From: Pseudomonadota bacterium
GTDB lineage: Bacteria; Pseudomonadota; Gammaproteobacteria; JAKAQQ01
Reading direction: 5' to 3'
DNA: 64,000 nt
Assembly: GCA_027320085.1 (NCBI GenBank)
Contig: DAHVLZ010000009.1
Location: 320,001-384,000 of the forward strand
Part shown: positions 1 to 8,768 of the stretch, in pieces
How positions within the stretch are numbered: position 1 is the stretch's first letter
Layout: each line of letters starts with the position of its first letter
The notes under the pieces: generated by a model
The model's input: the letters and a program-made list of their open reading frames with translations, nothing else
Database searches by the model: none
What the model was told of the DNA's origin: nothing
Made by a program: the position numbers and the translations under genes

Positions 1-792
1 CGGAACGAGTTGAAGGGGCTCCAAAACGGGTGCGAAAATCTGTTCCCAATGGGTGGTAGGGGAATCGGGTGCAGTCGAGAGGACGACTCCATCAATCAGG
101 TCGGCAGTCCACCACATCGCAAACCCAAAGACCCATCCGGTCTGTTCGAACCGCCAATCCACTCGGCACCGTCTTCGGCTCCGGTAGCGGGTACCAAAAT
201 CAATCCGATCCCAGACGCGCGCAGGTGGGATTCCTGCGAAGTCAGCCGACTGAAAGGTTCGAACATAGAGGTTCTGGCGGCTCAAATGGCTGAGGGGCGT
301 CAAGTCCAGATCCATACCGTCGGCCCTCCAGGGGTCGAGTTCAGCCCAAAAACGGGCGCTCCCGACCGGCCGGATATACAGGGTCAGCGCATTCGGTATA
401 CGGATTCCGCCCGGTACCAGAAACCGTCGCGCATCCCACAAAACCTCTCCGATTCCTTCCTCAAGCCCTAAATTGCCCAAGGTCTCGGAAACTACGAGAT
501 CAACCGGCTCCGGGTCCAGAATCGACCTCGAATCCTCAGCGAAAACCTCGATCCGTGAAAGGCGGTTGCGACGCACAAGGAATTCCGAGAGTTTCGCCAG
601 CGGAATTTCCCGCTCATAAAGTGTGGTCGAACGCGCCCCCAAGGCATCAGACATGAATCCCAGCCATCCGGTTCCGGAACCCAGGTCCGCCACGCGGGTT
701 ACACCCGGCTGGATTGCCATTTTCAGGGCCTGGCAGAACGCCTCATTTCGGACACGGTCAGCCGCTAGGCGGCGATGGTAGTCGATCAGCAT
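1..792 (-). CDS. PRMT-like (protein arginine methyltransferase fold) SAM-dependent methyltransferase, 3' end outside window
   Basis: Hand translation from ATG at 792 is open to base 1: MLIDYHRRLAADRVRNEAF...VADLGSGTG (SAM motif I)...VDLVVSETLGNLGLEEG (double-E loop)...ARRFLVPGG...FGFAMWW...LSTAPDSPTTHWEQ (THW loop). Not in the ORF track. Confidence 0.85.
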   Translation of the reverse strand, partial: MLIDYHRRLAADRVRNEAFCQALKMAIQPGVTRVADLGSGTGWLGFMSDALGARSTTLYEREIPLAKLSEFLVRRNRLSRIEVFAEDSRSILDPEPVDLVVSETLGNLGLEEGIGEVLWDARRFLVPGGIRIPNALTLYIRPVGSARFWAELDPWRADGMDLDLTPLSHLSRQNLYVRTFQSADFAGIPPARVWDRIDFGTRYRSRRRCRVDWRFEQTGWVFGFAMWWTADLIDGVVLSTAPDSPTTHWEQIFAPVLEPLQLVP

Positions 793-823
793 GAAACGGG
801 TTCCCCAAGAGCGAGGGGCTTGC

Positions 824-851
824 TTGACAAGAGATTCCGCATCATTATGAT
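824..851 (+). promoter_or_regulatory. putative sigma70 promoter
   Basis: TTGACA (824-829), 16 nt spacer, TATGAT (846-851). Confidence 0.45.
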
Positions 852-1440
852 AAAAAGCGGTCAGGAGTGCTCACCCACGCGTAAACGGACCTGGCAGATT
901 GCAGGCGCGATAATCCTCTCCGGAGGATTAGGTTCCTCGGCGGGTTGTGCCGTGAGTCCATTTCGCGCCTTTCACCCCGAGATTCAATCTGCACGGGTCC
1001 GGGCAAGCCCTATCTGGATCTATCAGGTTACCCTGCCGGGTGTGCTTCGGAACCCCGAGCACCAGCTGGTTGTCCCTGTCGACGTAACCTTCATCAATAC
1101 CAGCCGGGAGCCGATCAACAAAATCCAGTTCGTATATCTCACCTACGACAGTCTCGGGATACTTCGTCGCGATCGCCAGAACAATCTGCCCTTGGCGCTT
1201 GTGTTGCGTGTCCCGGGCCCCTTCGAACCGGGGCATGCCTACGAAGTAGATACCCAGCCCGAAGGACTACCGGGTCTCGGTACCTCATGCATTCGGCTGG
1301 TTTCACTATCGATCCACTGGCCAGATCGTGCCGTCAGAATCCACGGCAAGGCCTTGACCCAAGACCTTGCCCCCATACTGAGGAAGCATTGCGCAGACCT
1401 CGGACCCGCCATTTTTGTCCGTTCACAGGGCGGACGCTAG
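847..1440 (+). CDS. hypothetical lipoprotein (start uncertain)
   Basis: Basic N-terminus, hydrophobic stretch and lipobox-like SAG-C; fills the gap between neighbours; no family recognised. Confidence 0.55.
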   Translation: MIKSGQECSPTRKRTWQIAGAIILSGGLGSSAGCAVSPFRAFHPEIQSARVRASPIWIYQVTLPGVLRNPEHQLVVPVDVTFINTSREPINKIQFVYLTYDSLGILRRDRQNNLPLALVLRVPGPFEPGHAYEVDTQPEGLPGLGTSCIRLVSLSIHWPDRAVRIHGKALTQDLAPILRKHCADLGPAIFVRSQGGR

Positions 1441-1458
1441 GAAACCGTGGCAAACTGA

Positions 1459-2007
1459 TCAGCCGGCCGTCTTTTGATCAAAATCCTTTAGAATCAATAG
1501 CGTGAGATCATAGTGAGGCTCCGCATAGACGGTCCCCTCAGCCGTATCGAAAATGATGGCAAAACGATGGGCTTGGGCATATTTTTTGATCAGGACCAAA
1601 AGACGGGTACGAATGGGGTTCAACAGCGCCACACGCTTGGCCTCGATACGCGAGTGTGTTTTCTCGTAGAGATTCCGGAGCGCCAGCTCACCCCGCTGGT
1701 AGGCAGCAATGTTCTTCTTCTGCTGTGCCTTCGTTTCGTGCGGAAGGTTCTTGCGCAGGAGTGTCTCTTCGAGGTGAAGTCGGTCCTGTGCCCGCTTGAA
1801 AGCCGCCGCTTGGCTTTTCACGTAGCTTTTAAGCTCATGTGAGGCCGCTTGGCCCTCGGTAGAGTGAGAAACGATGTAGAGAAGGTTGATGACACCGATC
1901 TTCTCGGATTGGGCTTTGGCAGGATGCAAGGCGGACACCCCCATCCCTAAGCCAGCGATCAAGGCAACAATGACGGTGGTCTGACGCACGGTACGCATGG
2001 ACTTCAA
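1459..2007 (-). CDS. OmpH/Skp family periplasmic chaperone
   Basis: Signal peptide, KIGVINL N-terminal strand, long helical body, C-terminal IIFD...VYAEPHYDLT. Confidence 0.85.
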   Translation of the reverse strand: MKSMRTVRQTTVIVALIAGLGMGVSALHPAKAQSEKIGVINLLYIVSHSTEGQAASHELKSYVKSQAAAFKRAQDRLHLEETLLRKNLPHETKAQQKKNIAAYQRGELALRNLYEKTHSRIEAKRVALLNPIRTRLLVLIKKYAQAHRFAIIFDTAEGTVYAEPHYDLTLLILKDFDQKTAG

Positions 2008-2215
2008 TACTCCAGCTGTCGCGGGATATCGTGGATTTTAAGGACTGCGATCTTGGGCCCCCCGGGAAACCAAATGGTTCCACAGGCCTACCCAACATGG
2101 GCTAGTCTACCAGACTGGCGGCAAAACCGGTCTTCGAGCTAGATCGTACCTAGGCTCCATATGACAGGACGGGCTAAAATGGCCTTGCCTTGGTACCCCA
2201 TAACCTAGCCTGGAC

Positions 2216-2995
2216 ATGTCAATCACTTTGGCCAGTTGGAACGTCAATTCGGTTCGTGCCCGCTTGGAACAAATCAAAGACTGGGTGCATCTGCGTCCGG
2301 TCGACATTTTGGCGCTACAAGAAACCAAGGTAGTCGATGCAGATTTCCCCCGTGAGATTCTAGGATCTTTCGGCTACACCGACATCCTCTCCTCGGGCCA
2401 ACCCTCCTACAATGGGGTCGCACTCCTGAGCCGGCGCCCCCTGATTGGCCCCCTTGAGACCGTGCTGGATCCCCTTCCTCTGGACTGCCGTTACCTCTCC
2501 GCTGAGATCCCTGAGAGTTTTTATCTCATCGACATTTACGCACCGAATGGCGAATCGCTGCAGTCGTCAAAGTTTTCCCACAAGCTCACCTGGTACGAAC
2601 GACTGATCGCTCATCTCGAACACCTGCTCCCCCAACATCCCAAAATTGCCTTGGTCGGAGATTTCAATGTCGCACCCACCGACCTCGATGTCCATGACCC
2701 TGAGGCTTGGCAGGATTCGGTCTTGACCGACAACCGGGCAAGAGACGCCCTCCGAGCTCTCGAGCGTCTGGGTTTCCAGGATGCCTTCCGCCTTCTCTAC
2801 CCGACGGAATCGGTTTTCTCTTGGTGGGATTATCGGGGGGCAGCCCTAAGGCGCAACGAAGGTCTCCGGATTGACCTCATTCTATTGTCAAAAGCTCTCG
2901 TCCCCCATCTTCGAGCGGCGGGAATCGATACAGATATTCGACGTCATGCCCGACCCTCTGATCATGTACCGGTCTGGGCTGAATTCAAACCATGA
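2216..2995 (+). CDS. xth: exodeoxyribonuclease III
   Basis: SWNVNS, LQETK, YNGVA, GDFN, SWWDYR, RIDLIL, SDHVPV motifs. Confidence 0.95.
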   Translation: MSITLASWNVNSVRARLEQIKDWVHLRPVDILALQETKVVDADFPREILGSFGYTDILSSGQPSYNGVALLSRRPLIGPLETVLDPLPLDCRYLSAEIPESFYLIDIYAPNGESLQSSKFSHKLTWYERLIAHLEHLLPQHPKIALVGDFNVAPTDLDVHDPEAWQDSVLTDNRARDALRALERLGFQDAFRLLYPTESVFSWWDYRGAALRRNEGLRIDLILLSKALVPHLRAAGIDTDIRRHARPSDHVPVWAEFKP

Positions 2996-3369
2996 ATACC
3001 CCACGGACTTGGCCGACCGAAATCCGCCTAGATCATAAGCGGACATGCCTGTCGGTCCGGTTCGGTGACGGGCACTCCTTCAGGTTCCCCTGTGATTACC
3101 TGCGTGTCTTCAGCCCCTCAGCGGAAACAGGAGCAGCCATTGGCCGAGACCCCCAGCTTTGGGTCCGGGTTCCCGCGACCCTGCGCATCCGTTCGATTGA
3201 GCCAGTAGGCCGTTATGCGGTTCGCATCGTCTTCGAGGATGGCCATGACAGCGGGATCTATGCTTACGATTTTCTACGCGAGCTTGGCGAAACCCAAGTC
3301 GAACGCTGGTCCCGTTACCTGTACTATCTTGAATCGGTGCAAACCTCTTCGCGTGAGGGTTCAACATGA
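2992..3369 (+). CDS. DUF971 / gamma-butyrobetaine hydroxylase N-terminal-like protein
   Basis: YLRVFSPSAE, IEPVGRYAV, FEDGHDSGIY; typical position upstream of ubiE. Confidence 0.88.
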   Translation: MNTPRTWPTEIRLDHKRTCLSVRFGDGHSFRFPCDYLRVFSPSAETGAAIGRDPQLWVRVPATLRIRSIEPVGRYAVRIVFEDGHDSGIYAYDFLRELGETQVERWSRYLYYLESVQTSSREGST

Positions 3370-4118
3370 ACTCAGGCGATCCCTCGACCCATTTTGGATT
3401 TGAAACAGTCACCCCAGAAGAAAAGACCCGCCGGGTGCGGCAGGTCTTTGAATCCGTGGCCCCCCGCTATGATGTCATGAACGATCTCATGTCCATCGGC
3501 CTGCACCGGGTCTGGAAATCGTTTCTCGGGGCCATAAGTCCGAGCTATCCAGCTCCACGGATCCTGGACTTGGCATCCGGAACAGGCGACCTCGTGCGAG
3601 TTTTGCGTCATCGCTATGGACCTAGCGTGGAGCTTATTGCCTCCGACATCAATCCTTTCATGCTGGCTCAAGGCCAGGAACGGAAGCATGCTTCCACCCG
3701 ATCCCTAGCCAGCCTCTATGTGCAAGCCGATGCCGAGCAGCTACCATTCCCCTCAGGCTACTTCGACCTCGTTACGCTGGCTTTTGGCCTTCGCAACATG
3801 ACTCATCCCGATAAGGCGCTCACCGAAATCCATCGCGTTCTCAGGGTCGGCGGGGTGACCCTCATTCTTGAATTTTCCCACCCGCGGGGCCGGGTTTTCC
3901 AGCGACTCTACGACACGTACTCCTTCGAGATCTTGCCACGTCTGGGCCGCTGGATCGCCCAAGACGAAGCCAGTTATCGTTATCTTGCTGAATCCATTCG
4001 CCGCCATCCGGACCAGGAGACTCTAAAACTCATGATGCAGGAATCCGGACTGGCCCGTGTGGAGTACTTCAACCTGTGTCGTGGAATTGTGGCACTGCAT
4101 CGGGGCTACCATCTGTGA
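3366..4118 (+). CDS. ubiE: ubiquinone/menaquinone C-methyltransferase
   Basis: THFGF, VFESVAPRYDVMNDLMS, LDLASGTGD, FGLRN, YRYLAESIRRHPDQ. Confidence 0.96.
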   Translation: MNSGDPSTHFGFETVTPEEKTRRVRQVFESVAPRYDVMNDLMSIGLHRVWKSFLGAISPSYPAPRILDLASGTGDLVRVLRHRYGPSVELIASDINPFMLAQGQERKHASTRSLASLYVQADAEQLPFPSGYFDLVTLAFGLRNMTHPDKALTEIHRVLRVGGVTLILEFSHPRGRVFQRLYDTYSFEILPRLGRWIAQDEASYRYLAESIRRHPDQETLKLMMQESGLARVEYFNLCRGIVALHRGYHL

Positions 4119-4714
4119 ATTTTCTCCTGCGAACCTCTCGCCCTCTCGAGTTTTTGATCGACCGGCTCCTCGATCCTGTTTTTGCCGGGACCGATCTCCA
4201 GCACCGGCTTGCCGGTCGTAGCCTGATTGTCGAAATCACGGATCTCGGCTGCTCGTTCTCACTCGCTTTCCACCATCTCGGAGTTCGTCTCAGCCCCGGG
4301 TCTGGGGAACAGAGCGATCTCGTCTTACGGGGTACGCTGGGCGAGTTCATAGGACAATTACAGGGACTCTCGGAACCCACACTCCAGTTTGAAGGCGATC
4401 TCGGATTTGCCCGTATGCTTGGAGAGTTAGCCCAGCAGCTGCCACGGAAGCGCGACTTTTGGCTTAAGGCCATTCTGGGTGACCATCTGGGTCGCTGGCT
4501 GTCTCGTACCCTGGAGGACGGTGCACCATTCTTCCAAAAAAATGCAGCACAATTTGCGGGTTTCACACGAATCGGTCTCGAACGGATCGGATTTGGGGTC
4601 AACCTGACACACTTCTCATCCTGGCAGTCGACACTCAAGGAACTCGCGATGCAACTGGACACACTTGAAAACCTTGTCCGGGCCAGACAGTGGGAAGGGT
4701 ACCCTCCCCCATGA
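4115..4714 (+). CDS. ubiJ: SCP2-domain ubiquinone biosynthesis accessory factor UbiJ (divergent)
   Basis: Lies between ubiE and ubiB; SCP2-like DLVLRG...LQFEGD; GTG overlaps the ubiE stop. Confidence 0.7.
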   Translation: MNFLLRTSRPLEFLIDRLLDPVFAGTDLQHRLAGRSLIVEITDLGCSFSLAFHHLGVRLSPGSGEQSDLVLRGTLGEFIGQLQGLSEPTLQFEGDLGFARMLGELAQQLPRKRDFWLKAILGDHLGRWLSRTLEDGAPFFQKNAAQFAGFTRIGLERIGFGVNLTHFSSWQSTLKELAMQLDTLENLVRARQWEGYPPP

Positions 4715-6336
4715 GTCCCAGAAACTGGCTAAGACTCATCTGGATCCAATGGATCCTCGTTAAGCATGGGCTGGACGACCTTTTGTTCGAGTGGACACCG
4801 CTGCGCCATGTCCGCCCTCTGCGACGGCTTCTACCTTGGCATTGGAAGCTCCGCAAGACACCACTGGCTATCCGGCTCCGATTGGCCCTTGAGGAACTCG
4901 GCCCACTCTATGTGAAGTTCGGTCAGCTTCTCTCCACTCGCCGCGACCTTCTACCTCGTGATTTCATTGACGAGCTCACGAAACTACAAGACCAAGTTCC
5001 ACCTTTCCCCGGCATACTGGCTCGAAATGCCATTGAAACCGCCTGGAAGGAACCCCTCGATCGCCACCTTGCCGCTTTCGACGAAACTCCTCTTGCGTCC
5101 GCTTCGATTGCACAAGTTCATGCTGCCCGTCTCCACAATGGCCGTGATGTCGTCATCAAAATAATCCGCCCTGGTATTGACCGACTCATCAAGCGGGATC
5201 TTATCCTGCTCGACCACCTGGCTTTCTGGATCGAGCGTTATTGGGGACCTGGCGTTCATCTTCATCCGCGTGCCATCGTCGCCAAGTTTGCGCAGACGCT
5301 GCACGATGAACTCAACCTGCTTCAGGAAGCCGGACATGCAAGCCAGCTCAGGCGCAATTTCCAAAACAGCCCCTTTCTCGCGATCCCCGAGGTTATATGG
5401 GAACTTACCCGCGAGCGGATCATGGTCATGGAACGGATCTACGGGATACCTATCCATGACTTTGCCTTGCTCCGGGCGCACGGGGTAGATTTCCGGGAGC
5501 TGGCACAACGGGGAGTCTCCATCTTCTTTACCCAAGTCTTTCGTGATAATTTTTTTCACGCCGACATGCATCCTGGAAACCTCTTCGTCGATGTCCGGGA
5601 TCCGCGCCATCCCTGCTACCAGGCAGTGGATTTCGGCATCATGGGTACACTGACTGAGGAAGACCGTCACTACCTCGCAGCCAACTTCCTGGCTTTTTTC
5701 AATCGTGACTATCGCCAAGTTGCCCGTCTTCACTTGCTCTCCGGCTGGGTTCCTCCCCAAACACCTCTGGACGAACTGGAGGCCGCAATCCGGAGTGTCT
5801 GCGAGCCAATCTTCAACCGCCCGCTCAAGGAGATTTCACTGGGCCAACTGTTGATCCGGCTATTCCAGACTGCCCGCCGTTTCAATGTTGACCTCAAGCC
5901 CGAACTCGTTCTCCTTCAGAAAACCCTGATTGCCGTAGAAGGGCTTGGCCGGCAGCTCGATCCGGATCTCGACCTCTGGAAGTCAGCCAAGCCGTTGCTG
6001 GAACGCTGGATGCGTCAACAGGTGAGCCCCTTCAATCTTCTGCGTCATGGAATCGAGAACTGGCCGGCTCTTTCGTGGGGCTTGCAAGCTTGGCTCGACG
6101 AGGCAACCCACCGGATGGCCCGGCATGGTTCTACGGATGCGCCGCAGCCAGTGGAACCAGCGGGGAAAAACCAGAGTTCCTCGCATTCATTCCCCATCCG
6201 TCTCGCCATCGCCGGACTAGTTTTGGCATCAGGAATCGCCTGGGTCGCACTCGAGCTGCCGCCGAAATTTCTAGGGCCTGCATTGCTGGTGCTATCCGGG
6301 GTTTTGCTGGCCTTTCTCTGGTGGCACCCACACTGA
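4711..6336 (+). CDS. ubiB: ubiquinone biosynthesis kinase-like protein
   Basis: LGPLYVKFGQLLSTRRD, PLASASIAQVH, FFHADMHPGN, DFGI; C-terminal TM segments. Confidence 0.96.
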   Translation: MSPRNWLRLIWIQWILVKHGLDDLLFEWTPLRHVRPLRRLLPWHWKLRKTPLAIRLRLALEELGPLYVKFGQLLSTRRDLLPRDFIDELTKLQDQVPPFPGILARNAIETAWKEPLDRHLAAFDETPLASASIAQVHAARLHNGRDVVIKIIRPGIDRLIKRDLILLDHLAFWIERYWGPGVHLHPRAIVAKFAQTLHDELNLLQEAGHASQLRRNFQNSPFLAIPEVIWELTRERIMVMERIYGIPIHDFALLRAHGVDFRELAQRGVSIFFTQVFRDNFFHADMHPGNLFVDVRDPRHPCYQAVDFGIMGTLTEEDRHYLAANFLAFFNRDYRQVARLHLLSGWVPPQTPLDELEAAIRSVCEPIFNRPLKEISLGQLLIRLFQTARRFNVDLKPELVLLQKTLIAVEGLGRQLDPDLDLWKSAKPLLERWMRQQVSPFNLLRHGIENWPALSWGLQAWLDEATHRMARHGSTDAPQPVEPAGKNQSSSHSFPIRLAIAGLVLASGIAWVALELPPKFLGPALLVLSGVLLAFLWWHPH

Positions 6337-6345
6337 ATGAAAAGC

Positions 6346-7512
6346 TTATAATCGCTCGCTTTCATCGCACTGGATCCAACCCGCCCACGATGGGGCCTTC
6401 CCCTTCGTGCACATCATGACCCGAAACAGTTCACCAGCTTCCTCTGGATTGGTCAATCGCAACATGTCCTGAATCCATGTCCAGTGCTCTTGCTCGGCGG
6501 GATTTTCCTCCCAGCCTTGGGCTGCCAGTACAAAGGGGGCCAGCCGGGCAAAACCGTCCAAGTCCCAGCCTGCACCTTCGAATGCCTCTGCCAATGCTGT
6601 GAAATCCACCATTGCGGTGATGTCTTGCACTCCAGGCGCGTAGAGAGGATCCGCATAGGTTCGGTGCTGCAGATAGCAGGCGAGTGTGCCGTGGTATCGC
6701 TCTGGATGGTAATAAAGACGTCGGGGGTATCCGTAGTCAATCACGATTGCGCAACCCTCACGGCAGTTTTTGAGTAACGCCCTGAGACGTGTGTCGAGCG
6801 AGAGATTCCATTCCGTTCGGTAAGGAACTGGGAAAGGTCCATATTGGGATTCCAGATTTTCGAGCATGTGCTGGGTTCCGGGCCTCACCGGTAGTGCTTG
6901 CCACGAGAGGGTCTGGCCCCTGACTTTGACTCCCCATTCAAACCACCCGGATGCTGCTTTTTCCACTAGGGCAACCGGCCAGGCATCAATGATTTCGTTT
7001 AGGATCACCAGACCAGACCACTCCTCCGCAGGAAGCTGAACCTGCCACTCAGGTGTCCGGACACCGGAATGTTGGTCTCGGGACCAGAGTGCTGCCTGTC
7101 TTTTCGTTTGGGTTGGGCTAGGTTCAATCAATAGATGCTGATCAGGCACACATTCCAAACGTAACAATTCGTGAGACATGGCGTGTGATAATCGACCGGT
7201 GCCTGGCCCAACCTCAATGAGCGTCGGGGGCAGACCCGCATGGATCAGGTCGGCTGCAACTGATGCCAGTGTCCGTGCGAAGAGTGTTGTCGATTCGGGC
7301 AGGGTCACAAAATCACCAGCTGAACCGATCGTTTCTGAAGCTGTCCGGTAATATCCGAAGCGGGTATCGTAGAGGACGAAGTCCATATAACGATCGAAAT
7401 AGATCGCCCCCTGCACTGTCTCCATTTGCCGAAGGGCTTGCCGTGTCTCGGCGCATCGGTGGGCCTGTGGCTCAGTGAGTTCGGGCAGGGGGATCGCAAT
7501 TTCGGTTTTCAT
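6346..7512 (-). CDS. MidA/NDUFAF7 family SAM-dependent methyltransferase
   Basis: FDRYMDFVLY...GYY...GDFVT, EVGPGTG, NEIIDA, IDYG, GTLACY, PGVQDITAMVDF. Confidence 0.9.
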   Translation of the reverse strand: MKTEIAIPLPELTEPQAHRCAETRQALRQMETVQGAIYFDRYMDFVLYDTRFGYYRTASETIGSAGDFVTLPESTTLFARTLASVAADLIHAGLPPTLIEVGPGTGRLSHAMSHELLRLECVPDQHLLIEPSPTQTKRQAALWSRDQHSGVRTPEWQVQLPAEEWSGLVILNEIIDAWPVALVEKAASGWFEWGVKVRGQTLSWQALPVRPGTQHMLENLESQYGPFPVPYRTEWNLSLDTRLRALLKNCREGCAIVIDYGYPRRLYYHPERYHGTLACYLQHRTYADPLYAPGVQDITAMVDFTALAEAFEGAGWDLDGFARLAPFVLAAQGWEENPAEQEHWTWIQDMLRLTNPEEAGELFRVMMCTKGKAPSWAGWIQCDESERL

Positions 7513-7625
7513 TGGAGAAAATACTACCCAGATCCAGGGCGTCGTGCAAAAAATGCTTGCGGACGGGTTGCGGTAACTTAATGGCCGTTTCGGTTTTATG
7601 TCAGGATGCGTTATGCTAGCGTCCA

Positions 7626-8408
7626 ATGGTTAGCATCTGGCGTATGTCGCCCGTCGTCCCTGTACCTGTTCAGACTGAAGGCCAGGTTGCCCTGATCACT
7701 GGAGCAGGGCGTCGGATTGGTGCTGCCATCGCTCGAACTCTCCACAGTGCAGAGGTGCGCATCATCCTGCATTACCACCACTCTGAAACCGAGGCACGGG
7801 AACTCGCCGACCAATTGAATAAGATCCGTCCAGACTCAGCACGAACACTAAAGGCCAATCTTCTTGAGACTGCTGAACTGAGTGACATGGCCGCGACCGC
7901 TTTGTCGTTCTGGTCTCGTCTTGACATATTGATCAATAACGCCTCCAGCTTTTATCCAACTCCACTGGCATCTCTGTCCGAGGAGGCCTGGGATGATCTA
8001 ATGGGAACCAATCTCAAGGCCCCACTCTTCCTGATCCGTGCAACGGCGGATGCCCTGAAGGCACAGCACGGATCCATTGTCAATCTAGTTGATATCCACG
8101 CTCGTAAACCACTCCGCGGCCATCTCATCTACGGAGCGGCCAAAGCTGGCCTCGAAATGCTGACACGTGCCCTTGCACGTGAGCTTGCACCCGAGGTACG
8201 AGTCAATGCAGTGGCTCCGGGTACCATCTTGTGGCAGGAAAGCGGCGTCCCGGAATCCGTGCAACGTAAAATCCTCACCCGCGTGCCACTCAAGCGTATG
8301 GGATCGGTGGATGATATCGCAAAAGCGGTGCTATTCCTTGTCCGGGACGCACCCTATGTGACCGGCGCAGTGATTCCTGTTGACGGAGGACGGAGCATCG
8401 GCAGTTGA
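7626..8408 (+). CDS. folM: pteridine reductase (FolM/PTR1-type SDR); start may be 7644
   Basis: TGAGRRIG, NNASSF, YGAAK, VNAVAPG, VDGGRS. Confidence 0.85.
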   Translation: MVSIWRMSPVVPVPVQTEGQVALITGAGRRIGAAIARTLHSAEVRIILHYHHSETEARELADQLNKIRPDSARTLKANLLETAELSDMAATALSFWSRLDILINNASSFYPTPLASLSEEAWDDLMGTNLKAPLFLIRATADALKAQHGSIVNLVDIHARKPLRGHLIYGAAKAGLEMLTRALARELAPEVRVNAVAPGTILWQESGVPESVQRKILTRVPLKRMGSVDDIAKAVLFLVRDAPYVTGAVIPVDGGRSIGS

Positions 8409-8768
8409 TTCGGGATCGGCCTCGCGTTCGATGATGACCCCAACCCGATCCGCACCACGAACTGCACCGGGCTTTTCGAGTACCACCTGTACGGCCTGTA
8501 CCGGATATTCGGTGAGGACGAGAGCCGCCACGGCTTCCGCCACGGTTTCTATCAGGGCAAAGGAGCGATTGTGGATCATTGCCTGGATGCGCTCGGCAAC
8601 GGAGCGATAGTCAACCGTCTCTTCGATCCTCCCACTCCGAGCTGAAACTGAGAGTTTGATTGTCATCTCAAGATGGAGAACGAGTCGTTGGCGCAGGGGT
8701 TTTTCGTAGGCATGGATACCAATCTGGGTTTCCAGGCAAAGCCCGTGGATAAATACTCGGTCAGGCAT
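8331..8768 (-). CDS. folB: dihydroneopterin aldolase
   Basis: DRVFIHGL...IGIHAYE, TVDY, LIETVAE, KPGAVRGADRVGVIIER. Confidence 0.92.
   Translation of the reverse strand: MPDRVFIHGLCLETQIGIHAYEKPLRQRLVLHLEMTIKLSVSARSGRIEETVDYRSVAERIQAMIHNRSFALIETVAEAVAALVLTEYPVQAVQVVLEKPGAVRGADRVGVIIEREADPESTADAPSSVNRNHCAGHIGCVPDKE

Noticed and set aside
10-471. Plus-strand 153-aa ORF from the track
   Set aside because: Antisense shadow of the PRMT-like gene, which has clear motifs on the minus strand.
4984-5760. Long antisense ORFs (e.g. 258 aa opposite ubiB; similar ones opposite kdpB, atpA, ppsA, prpD, mnmG, mnmE)
   Set aside because: Fully opposite well-conserved genes, no motifs; expected in GC-rich coding DNA.
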